NCBI GenBank assembly: GCA_963831685.1
Contig: CAWHRJ010000015.1
Location: forward strand, 62,305-126,304
From: an uncultured Pseudomonadota bacterium
GTDB lineage: Bacteria; Myxococcota_A; Polyangia; Fen-1088
Reading direction: 5' to 3'
DNA: 64,000 nt
Part shown: piece after piece, positions 31,012 through 42,228 of the stretch
How positions within the stretch are numbered: the first letter of the stretch is position 1
Layout: each line of letters begins with the position of its first letter
Position numbers and translations under genes: made by a program
Notes under the pieces: generated by a model
What the model was told of the DNA's origin: nothing
Databases searched by the model: none
The model's input: the letters and a program-made list of their open reading frames with translations, nothing else

Positions 31012-31670
31012 TCTTCTACGACTACTGGCGCTCCAGCTCCGCCTGGCGGGTCCGGATCGCGCTCAACCTGAAGCAGATCTCGGTCGAGCGGCGGGCCGTC
31101 AATCTGTCACGCGCGGGGGGCGGCGCCCAGCACGACGCCCAGTTCCGCGCGCTCAATCCGTTCTCCGAGGTGCCGGTCCTGGTCGTCGAGGACGCGGACG
31201 GCGCGCCGCGCGTGATCGCGCAGTCGATGGCCATCCTCGCCTACCTCGAGGAGAGGTTTCCGTCGCCGCCGCTCCTGCCGGCCGATCCCTGGTTGCGCGC
31301 CCGGGCCCGGCAGCTGGCCGAGATGGTGAACGCCGGGATCCAGCCGTTCCAGAACCTGGCGCTGCAGCAACACCTCGGCAAGGTCGGCGTCGGTGAACCC
31401 GCGGAGGTCGCGCGCCACTTCAACGCACGCGGCCTCGCGGCGCTGGAGGCGCTGGCCGGCGAGACCGCCGGCGACTTCCTGATCGGCGACGCACCGAGCA
31501 TCGCCGACATCTATCTGGTCCCGCAGCTCTACGGCGGCCGCCGGTTCGGCGTCGACCTGGCGGCGTTCCCGACCCTGCTGCGGGTCGAGGCGGCCTGCGC
31601 GGCGCTTCCCGCGTTCGCGGCCGCGCGACCAGAGGCGCAGCCCGACGCGCCCGCCGCCTCGAAAACGTGA
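31008..31670 (+). CDS. maiA: maleylacetoacetate isomerase (zeta-class GST)
   Basis: TTG start overlapping the FAH stop. LIFYDYWRSSSAWRVRIALNLKQI...NPFSEVPVLVVED...QSMAILAYLEERFP...SIADIYLVPQLY. Confidence 0.75.
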   Translation: MIFYDYWRSSSAWRVRIALNLKQISVERRAVNLSRAGGGAQHDAQFRALNPFSEVPVLVVEDADGAPRVIAQSMAILAYLEERFPSPPLLPADPWLRARARQLAEMVNAGIQPFQNLALQQHLGKVGVGEPAEVARHFNARGLAALEALAGETAGDFLIGDAPSIADIYLVPQLYGGRRFGVDLAAFPTLLRVEAACAALPAFAAARPEAQPDAPAASKT

Positions 31671-31717
31671 CCTCCCAGCCGGGCCGATGCTTAGGTTTTC
31701 GGGGCAGGAGGGGACAC

Positions 31718-32287
31718 ATGAGATGGAGGGCGATGGGGGCACTGGGGCTGCTGGTCGGGATCGTGGCTGGCGCGGGTCGGGCGCGCGCGGATGAGGCGAA
31801 GCCCCCGCAGAACGTGAAGGCCGAGCCGTCGACGCCCGCGTCGGCCGAGCTCTCCAGCCGCGCGGCCAGCGCCGACATGGCCGGCAATCCGCAGTACGGG
31901 GTGTCGCTGGCCGATCGCGCGATCCGCGCCGACCCCAAGGATCCCTGGCCCTATTACAACAAGGGGATGGCGCTGGCGCAGGCGGGCGAGATCGACGGCG
32001 CGCTGGCGGCGTTCGTCGCGGCCGAGCAGCACTTTTCGCCGACCGATCGCTGGGGGCGCTCGGTCGCGGCGTTCGGTCGCGCGCACACGCTGGCGATGGC
32101 GGGCCGGTGCGCCGAAGCCCGGCAGGCCTTCGACGCTTACGCTGCCTTGAACAGCGCCGACGAAAACGCGGTCAAGTTGGCGAAGCGCTACAGCTCCGAT
32201 TGCGAGGCCTCCGCGCGGTCGTCCAGCGCCCCGACGCCGGCGCCCGCCGCGCCGCCGTCGGAGACCGGCGCTCCGACGGGGAAATGA
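31718..32287 (+). CDS. TPR-like secreted protein (hypothetical)
   Basis: ATG preceded by GGCAGGAGGGGA. Signal peptide MRWRAMGALGLLVGIVAGAGRARA. TPR-like YYNKGMALAQAGEIDGALAAF. Confidence 0.5.
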   Translation: MRWRAMGALGLLVGIVAGAGRARADEAKPPQNVKAEPSTPASAELSSRAASADMAGNPQYGVSLADRAIRADPKDPWPYYNKGMALAQAGEIDGALAAFVAAEQHFSPTDRWGRSVAAFGRAHTLAMAGRCAEARQAFDAYAALNSADENAVKLAKRYSSDCEASARSSSAPTPAPAAPPSETGAPTGK

Positions 32288-32294
32288 GTCCCCG

Positions 32295-32987
32295 CTAAGG
32301 AAATTGCGGGCGCGGGAAGTCGGGAGGCGACATCCGTGCCGGCACCGGCAGGGGCGCGCTGCGCGCCGGCGCGCCGACGCGCCAGGCGCTCGCGCCCGGC
32401 GGCAGGTGCGCCAGGTGGTAGCGCCAGGCCGCCCAGGTGGCGAGCCCCATCCCGCCCAGCAGCGCCGCCGCGGTGCCGAAGGCCCAGGGGATGAGCGCCG
32501 CCGGGGCGAGGCCCCGCGACGGCAGCCGCACGGTCGCCTCGCAGAGCGCGAGCTCGTTACCAGGCGCGCGGAAGGGGCCAGCCCCGAAGTGAAGATCCTG
32601 GAGAAGACCGTCGGCGGTGACGGCGTCGCCCGCGCGGATGATGACCTCCTCCACGGTGACGGCCCCCCGGAAGCCGAACACGCGCGCCACCGCCACGGCG
32701 CCTGGCGTCCCGGCGCGGTGGAGGGTCGGGGTCGCCTCGATGCGCGCGGTCTCCGGATCGAGCTGGATGCGAACGGCCGGACGCCCGGTTTCGGGCGCGC
32801 CGCCCCAGGCGAGATCGAACGTCTCGGGCGAGGCGAGGTCGTGGACGAGCTCGGTGTGCGCGGTCAGGTGCTCGGTGACGCGCAGCCGCCAGTGAACGCA
32901 CGGCTGACCCGAGGCGGGCGCGCGCAGCAGCTCCTGCCGCGGCTCCGCGAGCGCCTCCAGACTGACCAGCGACGCACCGTCGGTCAT
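32295..32987 (-). CDS. hypothetical protein with C-terminal TM, co-transcribed with NtrC-family regulator
   Basis: 230 aa with an ATGA overlap with the regulator stop (32984..32987). [29 protein letters not shown]. No family confidently recognised. Confidence 0.45.
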   Translation of the reverse strand: MTDGASLVSLEALAEPRQELLRAPASGQPCVHWRLRVTEHLTAHTELVHDLASPETFDLAWGGAPETGRPAVRIQLDPETARIEATPTLHRAGTPGAVAVARVFGFRGAVTVEEVIIRAGDAVTADGLLQDLHFGAGPFRAPGNELALCEATVRLPSRGLAPAALIPWAFGTAAALLGGMGLATWAAWRYHLAHLPPGASAWRVGAPARSAPLPVPARMSPPDFPRPQFP

Positions 32988-34441
32988 CGCGACCCTCCGT
33001 TCTCCGTTTCGCCGGGCGGCGTGCCTCCGGCCGCGTACTCCTCGAGCTTGCGGTAGAGCGTCTTGCGGTCGAGCCCCAGTCGCTGCGCCGCGCGGGTCTT
33101 GTTCCCGCCCTCGGCGGCGAGGACGCGCTTGATGTATTCGCGCTCCAGCTCGTCGAGGGTGAGGCCGCGCGCCACCGCCGCGCCGAGGTCGTCCTCGCTG
33201 GTGGCCCGCCGCTCGCGAACGATCGGCGGCAGGTCCTCCGATTGCACCAGGGCGTTTTCGGTCAGCGCCACCGCGCGCTCGACGACGTTCTCCAGCTCGC
33301 GAACATTGCCCGGCCAGCCGTACGCGAGCAGCGCCTTGCGCGCCGTCTCGTGAAATCCACGGACCTCCTTCCCCGCCTTGGCCACGTTGCGGGCGAGGAA
33401 GTGCTCGGCCAGGTCGAGAATGTCCTCCGGGCGATCGCGCAGCGCCGGCAGGTGGAGGTGGACGCCGTTGAGGCGGTAGTAGAGATCCTCGCGGAAGGTC
33501 CCGTTGCCGAGCCGCGTCTCCAGATCCTTGTTGGTCGCCGCCACCACGCGGACGTCGATCTTCTCGCTCCGCGCGGCGCCGAGCGGTCGGATCTCCCCCT
33601 CCTGGAGCACGCGCAGAAGCTTCGCCTGCAGCGCCGGCGACAGCTCGGCGATCTCGTCGAGGAAGAGCGTGCCCCCGTCGGCCTCGACGAAGAGCCCGCC
33701 CTTGTCGCTGCGGGCGTCGGTGAAGGCGCCGCGCTTGTAACCGAACAGCTCGCTCTCGAGCAGCGTGTCGGGGATGGCGGCGCAGTTGAGCGGCACGAAC
33801 GGCCGCTCGCGCCGCGGGCTGTTGAAGTGGATCGCCTTGGCGACCAGCTCCTTGCCGGTCCCCGAGGCGCCGGTGATGAGCACCGCGATCGACGAGCCCG
33901 ACAGGCGCCGGATCACGCCGAACATCTCCTGCATCGGCGCCGAGCGGCCGATGATGTTTCCCCAGCGGTAGCTCTTCTGCACCTCGTCGCGCAGGCGCGC
34001 GACCTCGGAGCGCAGCGCGCGCTCGGCCAGCGCCTTGTCGACGGAGAGGTTCAGCTGGTCGACGTCGAACGGCTTGGTGATGTAGTCGAACGCCCCCAGC
34101 TTGACGGCCCGGATGGCGGTGTCGATCGATCCGAACGCCGTGATGGTGATGACGTGGGGCGACGGCGTGACCGCCTTGATCTCGCGCAACATGTCGAGCC
34201 CGTCGAGGTCGGGCATCTTGACGTCGGAGACGACCAGGTCGATTCCTCCCTGGCGCACCCGCTCGACGCCGGCCCGGCCGCCGGCGGCCACCTCGACCGC
34301 GTAGCCGTCCTCTTCCAGAACCTCGCGCAGGAAGGCGCGCATCGACGCGTCGTCCTCGACGATGAGGATGGTCGCCCGACCCGCCCCGCCCGTCGCGAGC
34401 GGCTCGGCTTTGGGAGAGGCGGTGGTCGCGGGTTCAGCCAT
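32984..34441 (-). CDS. sigma-54-dependent Fis-family response regulator (NtrC-like)
   Basis: REC ([19 protein letters not shown]), AAA+ ([42 protein letters not shown]) and [25 protein letters not shown]. Confidence 0.85.
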   Translation of the reverse strand: MAEPATTASPKAEPLATGGAGRATILIVEDDASMRAFLREVLEEDGYAVEVAAGGRAGVERVRQGGIDLVVSDVKMPDLDGLDMLREIKAVTPSPHVITITAFGSIDTAIRAVKLGAFDYITKPFDVDQLNLSVDKALAERALRSEVARLRDEVQKSYRWGNIIGRSAPMQEMFGVIRRLSGSSIAVLITGASGTGKELVAKAIHFNSPRRERPFVPLNCAAIPDTLLESELFGYKRGAFTDARSDKGGLFVEADGGTLFLDEIAELSPALQAKLLRVLQEGEIRPLGAARSEKIDVRVVAATNKDLETRLGNGTFREDLYYRLNGVHLHLPALRDRPEDILDLAEHFLARNVAKAGKEVRGFHETARKALLAYGWPGNVRELENVVERAVALTENALVQSEDLPPIVRERRATSEDDLGAAVARGLTLDELEREYIKRVLAAEGGNKTRAAQRLGLDRKTLYRKLEEYAAGGTPPGETENGGSR

Positions 34442-34462
34442 TCGGTACGCGCGCGTTCAAAC

Positions 34463-36093
<1,631 letters not shown>

Positions 36094-36170
36094 CGCGCGG
36101 CCAGTATAGCTCCCGGGCGGAGCCGGGTTCCGTCCACGCGCTGCGTGCTATAAAGACGGCGCAGCAGCCC

Positions 36171-36422
36171 ATGACGCCCGACGACATCAGCGCGCGCATC
36201 CGCACCGCGCTCCCCGACGCGGAGGTGCGGGTCGTCGACACCACCGGCGGCGGCGACCACTTCTCCGCGACGGTCGTGTCGTCTGTCTTCGCCGACAAGG
36301 GGCTCGTCGACCGGCACCGGCTGGTCTACGCGGCGCTCGGCGAGGTCATGCGCGGCCCCGCCGCGCCGATCCACGCACTGGCGCTGACCACCGAGACGCC
36401 CGAAGAATACCGACGCAAATAG
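36171..36422 (+). CDS. BolA family protein
   Basis: 83 aa. GGGDHFSATVVSSVFADKGLVDRHRLVYAAL...IHALALTT. Confidence 0.75.
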   Translation: MTPDDISARIRTALPDAEVRVVDTTGGGDHFSATVVSSVFADKGLVDRHRLVYAALGEVMRGPAAPIHALALTTETPEEYRRK

Positions 36423-36431
36423 GAGCCAAAC

Positions 36432-36744
36432 GTGACTGAGCCGCTCAAGCAACGCATCGCCGAGACCATCGCCAAAGAGCGTGTCATGCTGTTCATGAAG
36501 GGCAACCCGCCGATGCCCCAGTGCGGCTTCTCGGCCGCGGTGGTCGGCATGCTCAAGGAGGTCGGCGTCCCGTTCGAGTCCGTTCAACATCCTCGCCGAC
36601 CCGGAGCTGCGCGAGGGCCTCAAGGAGTACTCGAGCTGGCCGACCTACCCGCAGCTCTACGTCGACGGCAAGCTCGTCGGCGGCGCCGACATCGTGCGCG
36701 ACCTGCACGCGCGCGGCGAGCTCAAGAAGCTCATCGCCGGCTGA
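36432..36744 (+). pseudogene. grxD: Grx4-family monothiol glutaredoxin, one frame change near 36588
   Basis: [34 protein letters not shown], then the conserved continuation [52 protein letters not shown] is in another frame (stop 36742..36744). Confidence 0.8.
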
Positions 36745-36776
36745 CGCAGCCCTGGTGGGCCGGGCTCCCCGGCTGG

Positions 36777-37187
36777 TCAGGGCTCGATCAGCACGAGGCG
36801 CTTGAAGTAATCGCGGTAGTAGCCGCGATCCCGGGCGAGCAGACGGTCGGCCAGGACGGTCGCGTGCGCGCCAATCAAAAAGTCCGGAACGACACGCCGG
36901 GGACCTGACGGGCGCCGGCGCGCCAGGTAGGCCCCGAACATCGCGCCGGCCAGCGCCGCGCTCTCTTCAGTCGCAGGGACGAATTCGACACCCCAGTCGC
37001 GCAGGAGGTCGCCGACCTCCGATCCGCGTCCGCCGATCGCGGGAGCGATCTCGGCGACGACGCACTCACCGACGATCAGCGCCCCTTCGGAGGCGCACTG
37101 GCGAAGGGCGGCCTCCGACCGCGCCGCGTGCCGGGGATCGGCCATCAGCAGGTCCAGGACCACGCTGCTGTCAATCGCGGTGCGCAT
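36777..37187 (-). CDS. vapC: type II toxin-antitoxin system VapC-family PIN-domain toxin
   Basis: 136 aa with MRTAIDSSVVLDLL (first acidic PIN residue) and DFLIGAHA. Overlaps vapB by 17 nt. Confidence 0.7.
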   Translation of the reverse strand: MRTAIDSSVVLDLLMADPRHAARSEAALRQCASEGALIVGECVVAEIAPAIGGRGSEVGDLLRDWGVEFVPATEESAALAGAMFGAYLARRRPSGPRRVVPDFLIGAHATVLADRLLARDRGYYRDYFKRLVLIEP

Positions 37188-37404
37188 CGCGAGCCAACCG
37201 CAGATAGGCGTCGACCGATGGGGCGCCCGGAAGCCGGCCGCGCCCCCGCCAGCGCGAGAACGGGTCGGCCGTGTCGGTCTTTTGGCCGATGAGTTTTCCG
37301 CCGACCGCCTCGAACGACAACACAGTTCCTGGCCGCAAGCCCAGCCGATCCCGCACCCCCTTGGGGATCGTCACCTGGCCCTTTTCGGAAACGATCGATT
37401 TCAT
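37171..37404 (-). CDS. vapB: AbrB/MazE/SpoVT-family antitoxin (VapB)
   Basis: 77 aa. SEKGQVTIPKGVRDRLGLRPG is the swapped-hairpin AbrB-type motif. Confidence 0.7.
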   Translation of the reverse strand: MKSIVSEKGQVTIPKGVRDRLGLRPGTVLSFEAVGGKLIGQKTDTADPFSRWRGRGRLPGAPSVDAYLRLARDAHRD

Positions 37405-37431
37405 ACTTGTACTGTAGTAATTCCTACCTGA

Positions 37432-38272
37432 TCAGTCAACCGACAGAGGTCCTTGGCTCTTGGGACCGAGCGCCTCGGCGAGGGCGTTCACCAGGCGCCG
37501 CATGACGAACCCCTTGTCGGGGACGACGTCGATCCGGACGCCGCGCCTTTCGAGCGCCTCGACCACAATGGGCCCTATCGCCGCCACCCGAGCACGCGCG
37601 AGCGCTCCCAGGAGCCGCTCTTCGAGCCTCGCGATGTTGGCGACCTGAAACAGCCGGTCGACCTGTGAGGCGCTGGTGAAGGCGATAGCGTCGATCCGGG
37701 CGCCGTCGAGCGCGTCGATGAGCGCCAGCACCGCCGCTGCGTCGCTGGCCGAGGCGTAGACGTAGGGCGCCACTGTCCGCACGGTCGCCCCCGCACGCTC
37801 CAGCGCCTGCACCAAGGGCCGGTTGGGCTCCTCGCCGTAAAGCTGCAAGCCGACGCGCCGGCCGCGCAGATCGAGCGCCGCCAGCGCGTCGATCACCCCG
37901 GCCGAGGTCGGCACCGCCGCCGCCAGGTCGGACGCGAGGCCGATCTCGTGCAGCGCGCGCGCCGGCTTCGGTCCGCGGGTCACCTTCCGCACGCGTCCGA
38001 GCGCGGCCACCACCGCGTCGCGGAGCTCGATGCGCTCCGCGATGGTCAGCAGTCGCCGCAACCCCTCGCCGGTGAGGAAGACGACGTCGTCGAATCTCGC
38101 CCGCCACCAGCGCGCGCAGCCAGGCCTCCGACGGCCCGGGATCGGGCGCATCGTGGATCGCGACCAGCGGGCAGCGCAGCGCCTTGCCCCCCGCGTGCTC
38201 GACCAGCTCGGCCAGGCGATCCAGCTCGCGCGCCTCGGGAAGCGCGATCGTTCGTCCCGCCAGCGGCTGCAT
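37432..38272 (-). pseudogene. hemD: uroporphyrinogen-III synthase, one frame change near 38095
   Basis: The N-part MQPLAGRTIALPEARELDRLAELVEHAGGKALRCPLVAIHDAP is in ORF 37436..38272. The rest, FDDVVFLTGEGLRRLL...IDAIAFTSASQVDRLF..., is in ORF 37432..38151. Confidence 0.7.
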
Positions 38273-38331
38273 GATCCCCGTCGATACTTTTAGGGTATGG
38301 TCCCGTCCCCAGCAACCACGGAAACGACGCG

Positions 38332-39336
38332 ATGGCGACCAAACAGACCAAGACCCCCGATAAAAAGACCGCCGCGAAGGCCGAGACCAAGGCGGCCGAC
38401 CTCAAGGTCGATCCCGCCCTGGCGCGCACCCGCCTCGCGGCCACCGGGCGCAACGACGCCTGCCCCTGCGGCTCGGGAAAGAAGTACAAGAAGTGCCACC
38501 TCCCGGCCGACGAGCAGGCCGCCGCGCCGGCGCCCGAGGCGCCCGACGCGCAGGCGCTGGTCACCGAGGGGTGGCGCCTGTTCGAGCAGCGCCGCCCGGG
38601 CGCCGCCGAGAAGGAGTTCCGCGCGGCGCTGGCGATCGACGCCAAGCTGGAGGACGCGCACGTGGGGATCGGGATGGCGCGTCTTTCGGCCGGGAACGCC
38701 GACGGCGCGAAAGAGGAGCTGGGGATCGTGCTCGCCTCGGGTGAGGCGGCGGCGGAGAAGATGAAGGCCGACGGCGTCAAGGATGCCTTCAGCAAGCCGG
38801 AGGCGCAGCCGTTCATCCGCGCGGCGCACGCGCTCGGCTGCCTGGCCTACGACGAGGAACGCTACGAGGAGGCGGTGAAGGATCTGGCGCGCGTGCACGC
38901 GATCGACGAGGGCAGCGTCGGGGTCGAGGCGCGCCTCATCGCCGCCAAGGCGCTCATGAAGCTGGAGCGTCCGGCCGAAGCGGCGGCGCTGCTCGGGCCC
39001 GCGACGAAGATCGAAGAAGGAAAAGGACGCGCCCAGCTGGGCCTCGCGCTCGCCGAGTTCGCCGCCGGCAACGAGGCCAAGGCGCGCGCCGCTCTGACGA
39101 CCGCGCTCGACGCCAACCCGCACCACGGCAAGACGTTGCTTGGCCGCGTCCGCCGTCGGGTGGAGAACCTGGCCGGCGCTCGCCCCGGGTCGCTCGAGGA
39201 GGCGCTGCTCTACGCGCAGACCTACGGCGACGTCTGGACCGACCCCGCCAAGAAGTTCCTGGAGACCGTGCTCGACGAGCGCGCGCGCAGCCAAAAGTCG
39301 GCCGCCGAGGACGAAGGCGCCGCCGCGCCCGCCTAG
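38332..39336 (+). CDS. SEC-C metal-binding motif protein with TPR-like repeats
   Basis: GRNDACPCGSGKKYKKCH near the N-terminus, followed by TPR-like helical repeats. The TAG stop is part of the CTAG abutting the mobile element. Confidence 0.6.
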   Translation: MATKQTKTPDKKTAAKAETKAADLKVDPALARTRLAATGRNDACPCGSGKKYKKCHLPADEQAAAPAPEAPDAQALVTEGWRLFEQRRPGAAEKEFRAALAIDAKLEDAHVGIGMARLSAGNADGAKEELGIVLASGEAAAEKMKADGVKDAFSKPEAQPFIRAAHALGCLAYDEERYEEAVKDLARVHAIDEGSVGVEARLIAAKALMKLERPAEAAALLGPATKIEEGKGRAQLGLALAEFAAGNEAKARAALTTALDANPHHGKTLLGRVRRRVENLAGARPGSLEEALLYAQTYGDVWTDPAKKFLETVLDERARSQKSAAEDEGAAAPA

Positions 39337-39368
39337 ACGACGCCTCTCACGATTCGTCACATCTTCGG
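39337..39368 (+). repeat. left terminal inverted repeat of the IS-like element
   Basis: See the mobile element entry; read directly from the sequence. Confidence 0.75.
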
Positions 39369-39426
39369 GACGCAAACATCCGCGGATTCAAGTGGCTGCG
39401 ACCCGCGCAGGGCAACATCCGCGGAA

Positions 39427-40125
39427 TCAAGTTGGGTGCGCGCGCGGCGCCGAGGCAGGGTGCTCCTCGACCCGCAAAGGACCGCCCGCGCGCCTCCATC
39501 CGACGCGCGCCATCCAGGTGGCCGGCGGCGCCGTCGCCGGAGGAGCGCCGGTGATCGCGGGCGCGCGCTGCCACCCCGAAAAGTGCGGCCCCGAGCTGCG
39601 CAGGTCGATGCACGCGGGCGCCCGGAGGTGCTTGCGGAAATTGAGCAGCACGTAGACCAGGCTGGTCCGCATCTGGCGCGGCGTGGTCAGCTGGCGCGCG
39701 TGATAGCGGTCGCCAACGACCTGCCCTTTGCGTCCGAGGGCGCGGTTGACCGCCAGTGCCAACCGGATCGCCAGGCCGTGCATACCCCCGCGGGCGCGCC
39801 GGGCCTCGTCCCCCTCGACGATGAAGTGGCCGTGGTCCTGCTGGATAGAGAAGTGGATCACCCGGAACCGATCGACCGACGCCCGCGCGATGGCGCGCCG
39901 GAGCGCCCCGAACACGCGGGGCGAGCGGAGCGACGGCAGCCCAGGCGTCGCGCGAATCGTGACCTGCACCGGGTATCGCGGATTGACCTTCGACCGGGTG
40001 TCGTGGGGCATCGAGGGACGGCCGCGCGGTTTCCGCCCGGCGCCCTTGCGAGCGCCACCCCACGTGCGTGGTACCCCGAGGGGCAAGTCGAGCTGACGCC
40101 GTCGCACCGTCTTGATTCCGCGCAT
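39427..40125 (-). CDS. IS200-like / REP-associated tyrosine (Y1, HUH) transposase family protein (COG1943)
   Basis: 232 aa. YPVQVTIRATPGLPSLR, HUH-type FSIQQDHGHFIVEG and Tyr motif SLVYVLLNFRKH. The start and stop codons each lie inside a copy of the subterminal repeat. Confidence 0.7.
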   Translation of the reverse strand: MRGIKTVRRRQLDLPLGVPRTWGGARKGAGRKPRGRPSMPHDTRSKVNPRYPVQVTIRATPGLPSLRSPRVFGALRRAIARASVDRFRVIHFSIQQDHGHFIVEGDEARRARGGMHGLAIRLALAVNRALGRKGQVVGDRYHARQLTTPRQMRTSLVYVLLNFRKHLRAPACIDLRSSGPHFSGWQRAPAITGAPPATAPPATWMARVGWRRAGGPLRVEEHPASAPRAHPT

Positions 40126-40306
40126 GTCCCGTTGTCGGCGCAGAGCGCGGCGGGTTGCGTGGGGCGAGGCCGGACGACCGCTAGGACCGCGGCGCTCGCG
40201 TGACTTGATTCGGCGGAGGTGCGGTCGGCGGAGTTGGGGACCGCCGATGGGTTGGGCGCGTCGGCGCGCGGACGGCTCGACCTTGATTGCGCGGATCTTG
40301 GTGCCG

Positions 40307-40338
40307 CCGAAGATGTGACGAATCGTGAGAGACGCCGT
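40307..40338 (-). repeat. right terminal inverted repeat of the IS-like element
   Basis: See the mobile element entry. The outermost 6 nt plus CTAG plus flank form a 16-nt perfect palindrome CGCCGTCTAGACGGCG. Confidence 0.75.
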
Positions 40339-40348
40339 CTAGACGGCG

Positions 40349-41311
40349 CTACATCCCGTTGCGGCGGAGAATCTCGCGGGCCTTCGCCTTGTCCGCGGTG
40401 AACGTGAAGGCCTCGTCGAGGCCGAAGGCCTTCTCGGGATCGACCAGACGCGGGGCGCCGAGCTCCAGCACCCGCAGCTTCGTCGCCGAAAAGGAGACCA
40501 GGTCGATCAGGGTCTTGAGCTGCCCGACCCGGAAGTAGTTGCGGGTGGCCGCCTGCCGAACGACGCCGATCTGCCCCTCCGAGAAGCTCTCGTTCTTCAC
40601 TGCGGCGACGAGCGCACGGAACGCGCCCTCGTCCATTGGGCGAGGTGGCTCGGGGCGCGCCTCGCGCGGCGGCGGGGGCGGCGGAGGCGGATAGCTCGGT
40701 GGTGGCAGCTCCCGCGAGGGATTCCGGCGGGTCGTACGGACGCCGCATCGGCGCCGGCCGCGGCGGCGCCTCGAGGGCGTGCGGCTCGAGGCTCCAGAGC
40801 TGATCCGCGCCGCCGTCGCAGGCCCACAGCATCACGTTGTCGCCGCGCGCGCCCGCGCGTCCGTTCACGTCCAGGCAGAGGCCCCGCTTGTTGTTGTGCA
40901 GCTCGAACGTCCCGGGCCCGCGCGGGACCAGCGTCCACCGCTGATTGTCCAGGCTCTCGCAGCGGTAGATGTCGACGTTGGCGCCAGGCGCGCCGTCGTA
41001 GCCGGCCGCGTCCAGACAGGTCCCGTTGAGCATGTTCCGCAGCTCGCCGTCCGGCGTGAACGACCAGACCTGGTCGGGATTGCCGTTGCACTCCCACAGC
41101 AGGACGTTGGAGCTTTTGGCCCCGGCCCAGCCGTCGACGTCGAGGCACATCGCCTGCGCGGCGTTGCGCAGCCGTCCCGGCCCCGACGGCGGCGGAACGG
41201 CCAGCGGTCCGTGATGCCGCCGCGCCTCGGCGCGGCCCCCGGCGAGCGCCGTGGCGAGGAGAGCGAGGGCAAGGTGGGCCGGGCAACGGAGGACATGGAA
41301 GCCCTTGCCAT
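40349..41311 (-). pseudogene. secreted ricin-type beta-trefoil lectin + DUF4476 protein, about 2 frame changes
   Basis: Signal-like AHLALALLATALAGGRAEA. Three QxW repeats (DQVWSF, NQRWTL, DQLWSL) in the frame of ORF 39858..41528, a Pro-rich linker, then ORF 40349..40636 (FRALVAAVKNESFSEGQIGVV...LIDLVSFSATKLRVLE), which is DUF4476-like. The in-frame ATG at 41311 is in a different frame from the signal peptide. Confidence 0.55.
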
Positions 41312-41368
41312 CGACCCATCCGCGGTCTCGCTTGAGCTGCCCGCTCCCGCGGCCGGCGCTGGTGGCGC

Positions 41369-42010
41369 CTACTTCTTCGCCGGCTTCTTCGCCGACTTCA
41401 CTTCGGCCAGCCAGTCCTCGATCTTCTTCTCGTCCGCTTGTCGAGCTCTGCGGTCTGCTCGTCGAGCGCCTTCTTGTCGCCGGCGAACGACATCTCGAGC
41501 GCATCGGGATAGTCGTTGGCCAGCGCATTCAGCATGACGTCGTAGTCGGTCACGACGTTCGAGTTCCCCCCCTTGGAATCGATTGTCGCCATCTTCTTCC
41601 CGGTCGCTTCGATTGCCTTCTGCTGCTTGACCCGGACCGTCTCGACGTCCTCCTTGGTCTTCGCGTGGGCGTAGGCGGCGCGGTATTTCTGGATGTCGGC
41701 GAACACCGCCTTATGAAGCGGCAGCTTGGTCTTGTCGTAGGCGAGCAGGCGGTCGTGCTCCGCGCCCGCCAGCTCTGCGGCCAGCTTCTTCTCCGCCGCC
41801 TGGCGCTTGGCGATCGTTGGCCAGCGACAGCCCGTCGGGGTTGGCGACCATCTTCGGCTTGGCGGCCGCGTCGGGCGTCGGCGCCGCCGCCGCCGGGGGC
41901 GGTGTCGGTGGGGCGGCGGGCGGCGGCGCGGGCGGCGCCTCCTTCGAGCAGGCGACGCCCATTCCCATCACCAGGACCAACGTCGAGACGAAGCTCGCTG
42001 CTCGCATCAT
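41369..42010 (-). pseudogene. hypothetical lipoprotein, 2 frame changes
   Basis: GGGAGGTGG RBS, MMRAASFVSTLVLVMGMGVACSKE lipobox and a Pro/Ala linker (ORF 41711..42166). It continues as ...KAVFADIQKYRAAYAHAKTKEDVETVRV... (ORF 41398..41706) and ends ...DEKKIEDWLAEVKSAKKPAKK-stop in a third frame. Confidence 0.5.
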
Positions 42011-42228
42011 CCACCTCCCGCGCCCAAGCGGCGCCGGCGCAGTATCGGGGAGCGCGCCCGCGGACGCAACCTCCGCGCGTGGACGCAACTTCTGGACGTC
42101 CGGGAAGCACGTCGCTGGACGTCCAACGCCCGAGGAGGACGAGACGGAGGGGCGTCCGACAGCCAAAACCCGCGCGCTCGTTCTGGCCCCGACCTTGCTG
42201 AGTCCAGGGCGTGCTCAAAGGAGAATTC

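Larger units (their letters stand above)
39337..40338 (-). mobile_element. 1002-bp IS-like element: 32-bp imperfect terminal inverted repeats, five subterminal 17-18-nt repeats, one Y1 (COG1943/RayT-like) transposase gene, CTAG on both flanks
   Basis: IR-L ACGACGCCTCTCACGATTCGTCACATCTTCGG versus the reverse complement of IR-R ACGGCGTCTCTCACGATTCGTCACATCTTCGG (30/32 identical). CTAG at 39333..39336 and 40339..40342. ACATCCGCGGAWTCAAGT-type repeats at 39376, 39415 (direct) and 40111, 40203, 40281 (inverted). Confidence 0.7.
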
